64,000 nucleotides of DNA from the human T2T-CHM13v2.0 reference genome, Homo sapiens. The notes under the pieces were generated by a model. The model saw nothing but the letters and a program-made list of their open reading frames with translations. It was not told the origin of the DNA and did no database searches. Shown piece by piece: positions 46,856 through 59,880 of the stretch; positions within the stretch are counted from its first letter, which is position 1; the number at the start of each line of letters is the position of its first letter. Made by a program: the position numbers and the translations under genes. Location: NCBI RefSeq assembly GCF_009914755.1, contig NC_060929.1. One strand, given 5' to 3'.

Positions 46856-48623
46856 AAATTAATCCCCTAGCTTACATCTATCACATTGCCCCTTCTTTTC
46901 TTTCTTAGCATTTAATACTCTCCAAAATATATCTTTTTTACTCATTTATTTACTTATTTTTATTGGTATTCTTTGAGCCATAGGGATGGTTTCTCCTTGC
47001 AAACTGCTCACTGTAGAGTACTATAGTTACAGCCGTGTAGAGTACTTATCCATAGTAGAAACTCACAGGATGTTTTTGTTGAATGCATGGATGAAGAGTG
47101 GGTCAATGTTTGGAAACGTGGGGAGAATGTATGATAATCTGGGTTATTGACTCGTGTGAAGCACAGAGCACTGCCACTTTGGGGTACAAATAAAGACTAG
47201 ATATTTTTCCTTTCCTCAATGGCTTACTATCCTCAGGAAATGAGCATGCTATAGAAAACAGATTTTCTTCCTTCTTTACAAGAAAGCAGCTCGGAAGGAT
47301 TCTAAAAACCAAAGTAGGTGGCATATATTTAAACTCAGAAAGGGCTGTTAGGTCCACTAAAATCTACCCATCCAAGCCTTACTCATTTCCATATTCAAGA
47401 AATTGTAGGCATTTCTAAATGAAAGTGATAATTCAACTTACATACTTTGTGCCACAGATGCACAAATAAGCAGATCTTACTGTGAATCACATATTTGCAT
47501 ATTATACATATAGTATGATGTGTTAGTATTTAACTAGTGTTGTTGATATGTGTATAGAATATTTTTAACAGAAATTGTTTTAGTAGAAAAATTATTTATA
47601 GCCCAAATGTCCAGACGCAAACAATGAAGACAAACTAAGTCAATGGTAGCTTAAGAATGATTTGGCGAAGAAAAAAAAAATGTACTTCTCTATGTGTAAT
47701 CTCTATGGATGGCTATAAAATCACATGTAAAGGACAGGCATTATCAAGTGTGGTATGGATCAGTCAATGGAGTGGAAATTTTGCGTGACTGCAAAGGTGC
47801 TTAAAAATCACTGGTCTATATCTCCCAAGAAGTGCCCAATTGTGATTTCACCATGGGAGGAGAGACTAAAGCATATTTGTAGATTAGGAACATATGGATC
47901 TCATTTGAGGGCTAGTGAGACTAAAGAGTTAATTGTGTATACATGTCAGTCATCATCAGTCAGTTAATTAGGCAACTAATACCTTTAGGGGTCATGAATC
48001 TAACAGGACTGAAGTTGACGGGGCGAGCTGACAGTCCAAGGCCTGCTACCTAGATAGCAGGTTGTGTGAACTAAGCCATTACTTGCTAGAGCAGATGGCA
48101 CAGAGGAAGCTTAGCTCCTGGGTATTCCTGACTTGATAGCTACAGCGGCCCTCTGGAAAGCAGCAAAGGCAACCTCTCATGCACTTGTTATTTCTGTTAG
48201 CAACTGCCAGTCCATTTCACACAGGATCAGAGTGTAAATGGGATCACATATGCTGAATCCGAACAGGATCTCAGGCCACACCTAAACCAACCCCACATTT
48301 AACCAATGCAGATACTGAGCTCTAAGTTAGTGGCATGGTTGTGTTTAGAACCCACATTTCTGACTCATACTCCAATCTTTTGTTTACTCTACGGTGTGTA
48401 ATTTTAAAGTTAAGCATTTGACAACAGGAATTTATATGTCTGTTCTCTAATCGATGAAATTGAGAAATCTAATTTTGCTGACTAAAATGAATACAGCAAT
48501 CAGGATCTTAGCATGCAACTTAATGGAGTGGATCTTGAAAAAATTGTACCATGGAAATATAGATACCATGTATAAGACATTTAAACAGTATCCAGGAGAT
48601 TCTTTTTAAAGCGGATAGTAGAG

Positions 48624-48967
<344 letters not shown>

Positions 48968-49019
48968 TTAAAATTTTTTAAATGTCATTTTAAAAAAGTA
49001 TGCAAAATAAATCTTTACA

Positions 49020-49175
49020 CCATTGGTTTTCACTTAGTGGTCTAGTTGAGAAGCACCTAGAAAGTTTTAAAAAGCATACATGCTTCATCCCCAACACAGA
49101 CAACTAAATCAGAATCCTAGGCGTGGATACTGCATATGTATGCTTTGAAACAACATCTTCATATGATTTTAATAT
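49020..49175. mobile_element. MER5-like hAT MITE
   Basis: GAAGCACCTAGAAAGTTTTAAAAA..ACTAAATCAGAATC..ATGATTTTAAT. Confidence 0.6.
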
Positions 49176-51729
49176 ATAAATTATGTCAACAATGGGGAAA
49201 ATTGTACTCTTCTATAAACACTGGATAGAAAAATAAGAATTACAACATCTATGGTTTAGACAAGTGTCAAAACCCCTGTTTCCTACCAGATGTTCTACTA
49301 TTCCAAACATCATATTACATCAATGGACTTTGCTGTGTTCAAATGCTGATACATAAAACAGTGATATTTCAATTATGTTTCGATTGGAGATGTTGAGACC
49401 AAAGAAAACCAAAAAATACATGGAAAACTCTAAAAATTTATTCGAGCTAGGAATTCCCAGTACTTCCTCACCCATGATATTCTTTGCCAAACTTGTTTCC
49501 AGGGAGCCATGCTGGCTGGTGTGACTCCTATATCCTTGAGTTCCCTTTGGCACAGAGTGAATAGTCATGTCATGATAATGCAGCAGGAGAGAGAAAGAAA
49601 AGGAAAAAAAAGGTCCAGAAAATTGACCAAGTGAATAATTATCTGTAAAGATACCAGAGTTGCCTAATATGAGGGAAAAAATTCACCCTCAGAAAATTGA
49701 AATGGCTGCTTGAAAAGGTGGTGAATGGTACCTGCCCATATCATCCGTAAGGTCAATAGTTCAAAGTTTCTTTTATACTGAGCTTAAGAATAGCATACAC
49801 TTAAGAAAAGTTATTATTTCAGAAAAAAGCAGATCATAAAGAAATCTCCGATTTTTTTAATGGAGGCATATACATCCCTAAACAGAGGAACTGCTTTTAT
49901 TTTATGTTAAAGTAAGAGTAAGCCAAGTAACTACCAACTCAAAGTCTGAGCTAGGAGTTGTGGGTTAGAATTTCACCAGAAATTTAAAAAGTCTTCGACA
50001 CCATCTTTTCTCAGTTTGGCCTTCTACCTTCGAGTTTTATCTACAGGGATAAAGTTCTTTTCCTTGTGGCAACAGAACAAAAAGAGGAAACACACCTATG
50101 ATGCCATGACATAATTGCTTTTTTATCATGGTTTGGGTTTCTGGCAGCTATCAATGCCTTTTGTTCTGGCGTGCCATTGGTACTTTCGGAGTAATCCAAC
50201 CCAGCCATGACAGTTGTTATTGGATGGAATGTCTTCCTATTGGAGAGAATGCAGTGGGAGTCCACTGTTTTGTGTTTGGTTTCCCTTCTAGCAGCCTTGC
50301 CTTTCAATGACATCACTCACAGCACTGATATATGACTGCACTTCCCCAGCTGCCTGTTAGTGAAGCAAAGGTTACGTTCTATCTGGAGGCAGTGTTGTCA
50401 TCAAAGAGCTCTATTTCACAGGTGTGACATTGCAATGAATAAAATTTTCTCCAAGTGTGCGAAAAGGCCAGAGCAACCTTTATAACAAGGAAACCAATGA
50501 AGCAGCAGGATTCCAATAGCCTCCCTAACAGATAACCGGTTTGGCTGCCTCTGATATCATCCCACTCTTCGGCAAAGAGTGACTGCTTTGTGTTCACCTT
50601 TATCTTTGTCTTGTTCTTTGGGACTCAAAACAAAACAAAGAAAAAGGCCCATATATACTCAATGAATGGACAGAATATTGATGTCCACTAGCCATTTATA
50701 AATAGTCTTTGTCTTCTTAATGACTTGTATTTCACAGAGACCGAGAAAGGTAGTTTGATAGAATCTTTAAGACAATTATTGTGAGAGTTTTAAAAATTAA
50801 AGAGAAACAGGCTGGGAAACACTCATAAACCCTCATGAAAATGTTCTTCTGTGTGTCATTGTATTTTTAGTAGTTTGGCAAAATGTTAATTACTGATTAG
50901 AGTAAATGATTAGAATCAAGTTTTTCATTTGCTGAGAAGATCTTTTGTCCCTCAAGCAACGACAATGATTTCATAATGGAAAATAGAGTTCTGTATGAAA
51001 TTGCTTAACTAGAAGCAAGGTGTCTAAGTGGCTCAAACGAAATAAGCTGAGAAGTGTTGCAGTGGGCAGAAAATATTCACTTCTGTTTCCTTGGTCCATT
51101 TCAGCAAATGCTTATTTCATGGAGAAAGAACACTATTTCTCAGCACTCTCAAAATCCCTTTGCAAATTGAAAAGAAAAGAAAAGAAAAACATCCCAAAGC
51201 TCTTTTTTTCTATATTACCATAAATGAATAAGCTCCAACATAAAATAAACACACAAGAAGGCAGGAAGTGTTCTTGAATATGATAGTTTTACAAAGGAAA
51301 AGCGGGAAAAGTGACATTTGAAAGTAGGTCTCTGTGAAATGCTTTTCTGGGATAGGTGAGGAGGAAGAAAAGAGTCTCCCACCTCACAAGGCAAACCATT
51401 GGCAATTGGTGCTATGAGTCCCAGGTGGCTCTCTCTTCTTCCATCCCTCATTTTGCTGACTCTCTTGTCCATGCCATATTCTTAGCCTGGGGTCCCTTAA
51501 CATTCCATGTTAAATTCCTACCTGGAATTATTCCTGTCTCTGTGCCAGAAAGGAGGGAGCAGAGACACTACATCAGGGATTCCAGGCAGAAATTTGTCCC
51601 CCTTCAACTTCTTAATTTTGGCATTTGTCTGTCTTCGGCTTCTTAATTTTGTACATTTTTCAGTATCTTCCTGATTTCCAATTTGCCTAGTTTCTTCAGT
51701 CCCTTTGCCCCACCTTATCTTGGCTGAAG

Positions 51730-51945
51730 AAGCATAGCATAATGAAGAATATGGGTTTTGGAGCTCTGAACACTTCTCTCCTGCTTTCTAGATGTGGGAT
51801 CTTAATAAAATCACTTAATACTTGAAGCCTCAGTTTAAACAACTGTGAAATACAAGTGATGCTAACAAGGGGTTATTTTTATGATAAATGGGAAAATTTG
51901 GGGACTGTCCCTCACAATGCTTGATACATAGTAGGAAAGCAGTGC
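51730..51945 (+). mobile_element. MIR
   Basis: GCATAGCATAATGAAGAATATGGGTTTTGGAG..TCACTTAA..GAAGCCTCAGTTT..CTGTGAAAT..GCTTGATACATAGTAGG. Confidence 0.65.
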
Positions 51946-52507
51946 CTGCCATTGCCTCTCCCTCTCCTGAATTCTCCAGAACTCTGCTCTTCTGCATCAT
52001 TTCCTGATTAATGTTTATTTTTTGGAAGATGAAGGTGTTTGAGCCAGATGGTTGGAAGGCAAGAGAGAACTTCCCTTTTGATATTTATTTGGGTGCATGT
52101 TTCCTTTCAAGATTTGAGTATGTAAGTGGCAGTCTTTTGGAAAGAGATCTCACATCATTCCACTTTAGATTTGTATTTTAAATTGTGTAAGTGTAAAGTA
52201 GAGCCAGTTGCTTTTAAATAGTCACTTCCAGAAATCTAGTATTTGAGACAGCTTACATTTCTTTTTTGAGATAGCTTAGATCTAGACTTAGCTAAGTCTC
52301 TGAGTTCTGGAACTACTCCCTTTTTTTGCTGTTTGGTCTCTGTATTGCCGAATTAACTTTCCACCTGCATCCTTCATGGAAAAAAAAATAGTGTTGCTCT
52401 TCCTCATTTCAGGCTCAAGGGTGAGAAGGTCTTGCTGCTATTGCTCCGTATATCATTTTTCCTTTCTTTCTGGCTAAATGCCCGTGCATTTAGAAGCATA
52501 AGAAGCA

Positions 52508-52682
52508 TAATTTCAACCATGGTTATACATTAAAATTATTTGGGTAGATTTAAAAAGACTACAATAATACAGTTCTGCCATAGACCAGTGAAATCAGAAA
52601 CTCTTGGAATTGAACCTAGGCATAGGTATTTTTAAAAGTCCTTTAGGTGACACCAAAATGCCTCCAGGACTTAGAACCAATT
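52508..52682. mobile_element. MER5A-like MITE
   Basis: TTTCAACCATGGTTATACATTAAAATTA..GAAATCAGAAACTCT..GTATTTTTAAAAGTCC..AGGTGA..TTAGAACCA. Confidence 0.65.
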
Positions 52683-52710
52683 TAGAAAAGGGATATTTAG
52701 CCCTGTAAGG

Positions 52711-53105
52711 TGTTAAAAGAAAAATTTCAGTCACATTAAATTTAAGAGTTTAATTGAGCAATGAACAATTCGCAAATCGGGCAGCCTCTCAAGCCAGAGT
52801 AGGCTCAGAGACTCCAGGGCAGCCACATAGTGGAAGATTTATGGACAGAAAGAGGAAGTGATGTACAGAAAACTAAAGTGAGGTACAGAAACAGCTGGAT
52901 TGGTTAAAGTTCGACATTTGTCTTATTTGAACACAGTTTGACCATTTGGCCACATTTGATTGGTCAAAACTTGGCGATTGGCACAAGTGTAGACTATAGT
53001 CTGTTTACACTCCCATTTAGGTTATAGTTCATGCTGTACAGAGAAACATTTAAGCCAGACTTACAATAGGTAAGGAGGCAGCTTTAAGCTAAACTTGATT
53101 TAACA
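52711..53105 (-). mobile_element. ERV1 solo LTR (MER57-like)
   Basis: TGTTAAA...TTTAACA ends, 4-bp TSD AAGG (52707-52710, 53106-53109), GAGTTTAATTGAGCAATGAAC..GGCAGCCTC..repeated GATTGG (CCAAT) boxes. Confidence 0.88.
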
Positions 53106-53469
53106 AAGGCTAATAAGCCCAGTGTGAAATCTAATCTCAAACTCAAAATTGAATCTGGTATGTACCAGGATTATTTTTCCTTTGTCTTGCTGCTCTGTTT
53201 TGGATGCCTTGTGTTCCTTAAATTACCTTTTGAATTATTCTGGTATAGACACCATGATATGATATGTTGTTAATAAATAGTGATCGAGAACTAATTCAAA
53301 GAAAACCAAACACAAGCTTTCAGAGATGGAAGTTGGGTCTTGGACTGGTAAGTGGTGGTTAAGTCAGGAAGTCTGGGCTGGGGTGCAGGGATAAGATTTT
53401 AAAATAAATAAAAATGAAAACACAAAGGAGAAACCTCATCTTGGGAAGTGTGCACTCAGATTTGGGGAG

Positions 53470-54010
53470 AGAGGCATTCAGCCTTGTAACTGGTCTCTTG
53501 CATGTACTTTTGTTTCCTTACAATCTTATTTTCATATGAAAGCCTGCATGATCTTTTAAAAATGCAAATCACTCCTCTGCTTAAAACATTCCAATAGCTT
53601 CTCATTACCCAAAGATAATATCTAACTTCCATTTCATGGACAACTAGGGCCCCTGCTTACCTCTTTGTCCCCAACTTGTACCCTTCTCTGTGTTTCTCAC
53701 TCTGCTCCAAGTAACATGGGCTGTCGTCTGTCCTTAGTAACACACACTCCCTTTTCACCCTGGGCACTTGCTCTTGTTCTCTCTGTTTGGAGTGCACTTT
53801 ACACAGACCACAGAGACCAGTCCTGAACTCCTGCCCCAAAGCAGTACCCCTCCCACCACCTCCATCTCTCTCTCACATCTTGGTGGCTTTGCTTCAAGGT
53901 GCGGTCACATTCTGAAATTATCATGTTCATTTTCTTCCCGCTCTGGAAGGTGAGCTCTGCAGACAGGACTTTGTCTGGCTTGCACACTCCTGTGCCTTCA
54001 GCACATGCAC
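53470..54010 (+). mobile_element. L2 fragment
   Basis: ATCTTTTAAAAATGCAAATC..CTCCTCTGCTTAAAAC..GCTTCTCATT..GTGAGCTCTGCAGACAGGACTTTGTCTG. Confidence 0.7.
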
Positions 54011-54387
54011 AGCATTCAGCACCCACCGTTTGTCCAGAATGTCCCTTTAAGTAAATAAGAAAAAGCACCCCTCTTGACAGACACCAAGACAGACTGCACC
54101 CTACAAGCCCATAGTTCCGTGAATCTCTTTGAGAGATTTAGAACAATGTGTTTTCACATTTTTCACAATCTTAAGACTCCTTTGAGGTGTGCAGGCAGAT
54201 AGTGGGCTGAATTTCAGCCCTTACTTGTTCTACACAATGGTAGGAGGTGGCCGAAGTATCTGAAATCAGGTAGGCATTCATTAAATATTTGTTTAATAAA
54301 TGAACTTCAGGGGGTTGGTTGTGTCCATTTTCATCAGTGGAGCACGCTCTCCCTGGTCTGGATGCAGCAAAGAGACTCAGCAGTGAA

Positions 54388-54600
54388 CCGGTGGTATGCT
54401 GGTAAATGGGTAACAACTGGATCTTCAGAAGAAACAACAACAGCAACAACAACAACCCTGATTTGTGGTTTTTGTCCATTTGTAGTGTTTGTGGTATAAA
54501 TAATCAATTGAATACTACTAACATGATGTTAATTGATCACAAAATTCCTGAAACTTTAACAATTGTCTCTTAAGAGCTGGTACAAGCCAGTTACAACCAA
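54388..54600. mobile_element. MER63-like hAT element with (CAA)n insertion
   Basis: CCGGTGGTATGCTGGTAAATG..AACAACTGG..AAAATTCCTGAAA..GAGCTGGTACAAGCCAG. Confidence 0.7.
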
Positions 54601-56821
54601 TCAAACTCTACCCCAGTGTTGAACCCTGGGCACCTCAGATTCTCAGTCAGAGGGAATGACAAATGCTAAAATTCCTTGCAGCAGAGGCAAAGATTGTTTA
54701 TATACTGTCTGTTGGCATCTTATCGGTCTGAGGATCAGGAAATGGCTTATCTTCCAAGTGGAGGAGGGAGCTCCAACATGTTTTAGAAAATAGGAAGAAA
54801 ACAAAATTAAGGCTGATACCAGTAAACTAATTCATTGAATCTCATTTTTGTCATCTACAAAATAAACAATTTGGACTGAATTCTCTCTATTTCAATTAAA
54901 TAGGCTAGTATTCCCTATGCTGTATGAAGATTAAAGTGAGGATTGGGGAAAAGTAAAAACTCTGTGGTTTCCATGTGTGAATGAGTTTGTGGTATGCATG
55001 TAAGTATTATATTAATCTTTCTAAGCTAGTTAATAGTATATGTTTTTTTTCCTAGTTGGAATAAAATGATTTAGGTTAAATTTGCCCTGAAACTAAATTG
55101 AGACTTAAGAACTTTTCCAAATGCTAAGAACACTGTTTCAATTAATACCTGTCATACTTTTTATTTCTACCAGAGCCTGTAGACTGATTCTCCTCTTCAC
55201 TTCTCCACATATTCCATTTTACATCCTTTGTTTAATTCTGGACTTCAGGCAAAAGTTAAACACATGCCCAGTATCTCAGACAAACAGAAACCCAAAGTGT
55301 CAAGTTGGAGGAGCATAAACCACTGTCATCAGGGGCTTAGTAACAGTTTTAAGAGTTATAATTTCTGACGTTGAGCTATCACTTTTCTGAGCAAACACTA
55401 GTGTTGAAATATATTATTACTAGCCCTCTCCCCACTCCAACCACCAGAACAAACATCCAGCTTCCCAGAGAAATTTAAGTGTGCACAGATAAGACAGCAA
55501 CCCTTTGTAGCAGCCTTTAGACAGGGGACACCAAGCTCTAATAGAGGCTGTCATCCTCACATGAGCCACTGAATCATGTTTATATATAACTTGCATATTA
55601 AAAAGCAACAGCCAATGTCAATGGTGCTGATATAAAAATATCTTAATAGCCAGTAACTGACTAATGAATACTACTGTAATAACAGTTTAATTTGAAGAAT
55701 TCTGACAGCTGGTTGCTTTGTTGAGAGTGGTTTCCAAGGAGTCCTAGTCCCATGCTGAGAACATCTCTAGCCTGCTGATTTATAGCAGCAGTGCAGAACT
55801 GTTTAATGTCACCACCTCTCAGCTAAAGTAATAATAAACAGGAATGTTATGGTTTATTTTTCTGTATGAATTGTTCAGGCTCTGTGTGGTAAGTACCAAC
55901 TCAATAGGAAATAATAGCTGTCATTCTCCTGGGAGTTGTAACTGGAGGTGAGCCTTTCTTCTTTTTATTCCCTTTATTTTTTTTTCTTTTTTATCAACAA
56001 GGTTTATATATCAGAATGAATGTAGAAGTTCTTGGTTTTGTGGTGGATTTATTTTATTCTTTTACATAGCTCTTGCTCATCCCATTCTGCTTAGCAAATG
56101 TAATTACTCTGGTTAAGATGTAGCTTCCCTATTATTTCTGAACTTCCCAAGATAGTTTAAAGCAGACAGCTAGGGCATGAAATATATGGTTCTACAACTA
56201 TCTTAATTATACTGCGTGACTCTGTGTTTGATATGAAATAGCAATGTCTGGGAAGTGAACTTAATCTCTACAGATTTAGGACGATTGCCAAAAAGATTCA
56301 TTGATTTTTTTTTCTTTTGCAGAGCGCAATCTTTTATTGTATAAATGTCAGAAGCTTCAAATTATTAGGAAATGTGTCAAGAAGCTCAAGGTATAATAAC
56401 ATTCTTTAGAGAGCTTGATTCTGAAGACAGTGCAATGAAATGTTCAAAAAGAAAACATGTCTTATGTTCTTAGAGAATAAAGCTCTGGGATTCATTTTAA
56501 TTTGTCATTTTGAACAGGATGAGGCCTCCACTGGGTCCTTTGATGTGAAAACCCTGGGGATGATATACAGCTATTCCTCGGTCACCCCAGTGTCTTTATA
56601 AGCTCCAGATTGCAGAGATGTCAGCAGTCCTGCGAAAGATGATACTGACTTGGGATTTGAGGCTTCAGGGCTGAACTGTAAAAAATCACTGGGATTTGTC
56701 CAGGTGATGTCCTGAAGAGCAGGTCATGAAAAGAAGGAGACAATATTATGAGCTGTGTCACCCAGCTCAGAGAGAGCTTCTAGTTGTCCTAAAATCAAGG
56801 TGAAATCCTTATCATGAAGCA

Positions 56822-57350
56822 GTGTATTACTTACTATTTTATTGTAGTAATAGATAACCTACTCAAACCTGCTTAAATAACAAAGAGAATATAGTGGTTC
56901 ACTTTTCTGAAAAGTTCAGAAGTTGGGTGGGCTTCAGGCATGTGGGATTCATAGATCAATGATATCATGAGAGTCTGAGCTCCATTTCTCATTGTTGTGC
57001 TCTACCCTGTGAGTCGGGTTTATTCCTGGCCTAGCTCCTCTGGCCTTATATTCTTACTCTCAACCCCATTGTTTGTCTAAACACCTCAAGGAAAAGTCTG
57101 AAGGTAATGCAGATTTGACTATCTCTTTTGTCAGAGAGCCCAGAGTCTCTGATTGGCTTAGCCTCATTCACCCTCTCCAGCTATGGAGCCTGATGGATGC
57201 CCACATGGAAATCAGGGCTGTTAGGAAGAGGGCAAGGGATGGCTGTGAGGCAGCCAAAGCAGAATGTTCAGAGATGGGCATGCTCTTCTTTCTGGAAAAG
57301 TAAAGTTGCCTCAAAGGCCAGAAGGCACAGATTCTATTGCATACCTCTGC
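56822..57350 (-). mobile_element. Old MaLR LTR (MLT1K-like)
   Basis: ACTCAAACCTGCTTAAATAACAAAGAGAAT..GGCTTCAGGCAT..TCTGATTGGCTTAGCCT. Confidence 0.55.
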
Positions 57351-57498
57351 ACATCACTGTATTAACATATTTAAACTTGGCTGAACTCTCATTAATCAGT
57401 CTCTACTAGTTATTCAGTTTATCTTTCAAGGCTTCATAGCATCAGTTCATCTGAACTTTCCAGATCAGACTTCTGCTATTGCTCAGCTGTAATCCTAC

Positions 57499-57915
57499 TG
57501 ATATGGATTAGGTGTGTATCCACACCCAAATCTCATGTTCCATTGTAATCCCCAATGTTGGAGAGGGGGTCTGGTGGGAGGTGGTTGGATCACGGGGGCA
57601 GATTTCTCATGAATGGTTTAGCGCCATCCTCTTGGTACTGTCATCCCAATAGTGAGTGAGTGCTCATGAGATCTGGTTGTTGAAACGTGTATAGCTCCGA
57701 CCCCGTTGCTCCTGTGCTAGCCATGTGATGTGCCTGTTTCCCCTTCATCTTCTACCCTTATTGTAGTTTCCTGAGGCCTCCCCAGCAGCTGAGCAGATGC
57801 CAGCACCATGCTTCCTATACAAACTGCAGAACCAAGAGCCAATTAGACCTCCTTTCTTTATAAATTACCCAGTCTTTGGTATTTCTTTATAGCAGTGCAA
57901 GAATGGCCTAATACA
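57499..57915 (+). mobile_element. MST (MSTB-like) solo LTR
   Basis: TGATATGG..CCCAAATCTCATG..GAATGGTTTAGCGCCATCC..TATAAATTACCCAGTC..CTAATACA. Perfect TSD CCTAC (57494-57498, 57916-57920). Confidence 0.93.
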
Positions 57916-58039
57916 CCTACATTCTGACTGGGCTATTCTTATCCTACCTCCATGCCTTTGCTCTTACTCACTCTTCCCCCATTCTTATTTGTTTTTCTCT
58001 GACTAATCACATCTGACTCAGCCCTGAAGGTTTATTGGA

Positions 58040-58290
58040 GGAGGCATATTATAGTGATTTAGAGTGTAGGTGCTGGAGTGAGACTGCGTAGGTTCAGATT
58101 TAGCTCTATTGCTATGGAAATTTGCAAGTTACTAAGCCACAGTCAGCCATGATTTCCTTGAATTTAAAATGAGAATATAATGGTACCTAAGTCAAGTGTT
58201 GTTGTGAGCATTAAATGAGTTAATATGTATAAAAGAGTTAGGCCAATGCCTGGCACTTGGCAAGAAGTCAATAAACATTGGCTATTATTT
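58040..58290 (+). mobile_element. MIR
   Basis: GGCATATTATAGTGATTTAGAG..GCAAGTTACTAA..AAAATGAGAATA..GTTGTGAGCATTAAATGAGTTAATATG..GCCTGGCAC. Confidence 0.8.
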
Positions 58291-59599
58291 TAATGCACCA
58301 TGAAATCATTCCCCAACTAGCCCATGTCTTTCCTTCCTTTAAACTACTGTACTGTTTTGGCCTGAACTCCTCATTGCACTCTTGAACACTCGTTAATTTG
58401 AATGGCCAGATAACTTTATACGGATAGGAGGCTTCAATTAAATACTTCTTGTTTCTCTGCACAGAACATAGTTAAATGCCATAAACCTATATTGTAGATA
58501 TCTAACAACTGTGCATTGAAGAAATGGAATGTGGCTGAGAGTACTCCTATGCATGTTCAAAAAGGATCAAAGCTGGCCAAAACTACCATGTAAGAAAAGC
58601 CACTGGAAATTAATCTCTTCAATCAAATATTGCTTTGTGTACAATTAAAATATTATGTCTCCAGAGCTAGTAAAATGCTGACCCGTTTAAACCCATATAA
58701 TTCAGGTTTAAAACCTTCATTCTTTAGTCAGACTAGATTTACTGAGAACTATGTCGGTTCCTCCCCTCTAGCATATTCCCAGGCAGTTTACTAGGTGCAG
58801 GGAATATGGTAGTGAATAATACAATCTCAGACCTAACAGAGAAAGTGAACATTAACTATTACAGGTATGAAGAACTATAAAGGAAATGTACAGAACCTAT
58901 GTACTGAACAGACATGGGGTTTATCAGTTTGGGAAACAGCACATGCTCCCTTCATTCCCTTGGCATATAGATGGATGTGTGCATTATTTCTGCACAGACG
59001 GGGCTGTTATATGTACCCTATATATAGATAGTAATATCTTATATCTGTAGAATGCTGTACACTTTCTATATTACTTCCTTATTTCTCATTTGTTACTCTT
59101 CATTATGTTGTCAAGAAGTAAAGATATTGTTCTGTCCCAATGAAAAGCTGAGCGGACTGAAGTGCAGAGGGGTTCAATGCTATTTTCAAGATCAGAGACT
59201 GGGAGACGGTTGGAGCTGTGGGTGGGCTTTAGACTGCTGACTTCATGCTCAGTCATCTCTCCATTGTACTCCCCTTTGTGTCCTTCCCCCATCTCTTCCA
59301 CTATCAGCTGCTGATTATGTGTGTTTGGTGAGGAAAAAGTGGTAAATAGAGCAAGTGTGGCAAATAATAATACCTTTTGGAATTATCCAATTGGACATAA
59401 AAAGGGAGCAGGCTTAGAACTCTGTAGCTGGATTCTTTAGTACAGAGGACATCATTGCAATTTCCTTACCTTGTTTTGGGAGTTGAAAAACATTGCCTAA
59501 AATTTATAAATTTTTGTTCATTGCAGTTCCAAGAACAGGAAGGACATTTATTGTCATAACATCAGTTTGTTGTAAATGATATTCATCGACCTAGATTTC

Positions 59600-59880
59600 T
59601 CTTCTATCTTTTACATGCTAACCCCTATTCATCCTTAGAGGCAGTTTAACTGTGACATCCTTCAGGAATCATTCCTGATAATTTTTAAAGTCCCCTTTCT
59701 CCTCTGCTAAGTGATATGCTCCACTGCTGAGCTCATACATTATCTGGGCTTACTTCTCCATCGTCCTAAAGAAGCATGAGTTCCTCAAAGCAGAATCTGT
59801 GCCTCATCCACCTTTGTATCATTAATGTCTAGTACAGTACCTGGCACAGAGTAGTTCCTTGAATAGTTAATGAATGGACG
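59600..59880 (+). mobile_element. L2 3' fragment
   Basis: CCTATTCATCCTT..GAGTTCCTCAAAGCAG..TCTAGTACAGTACCTGGCACAGAGTAG..TGAATGG. Confidence 0.65.
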
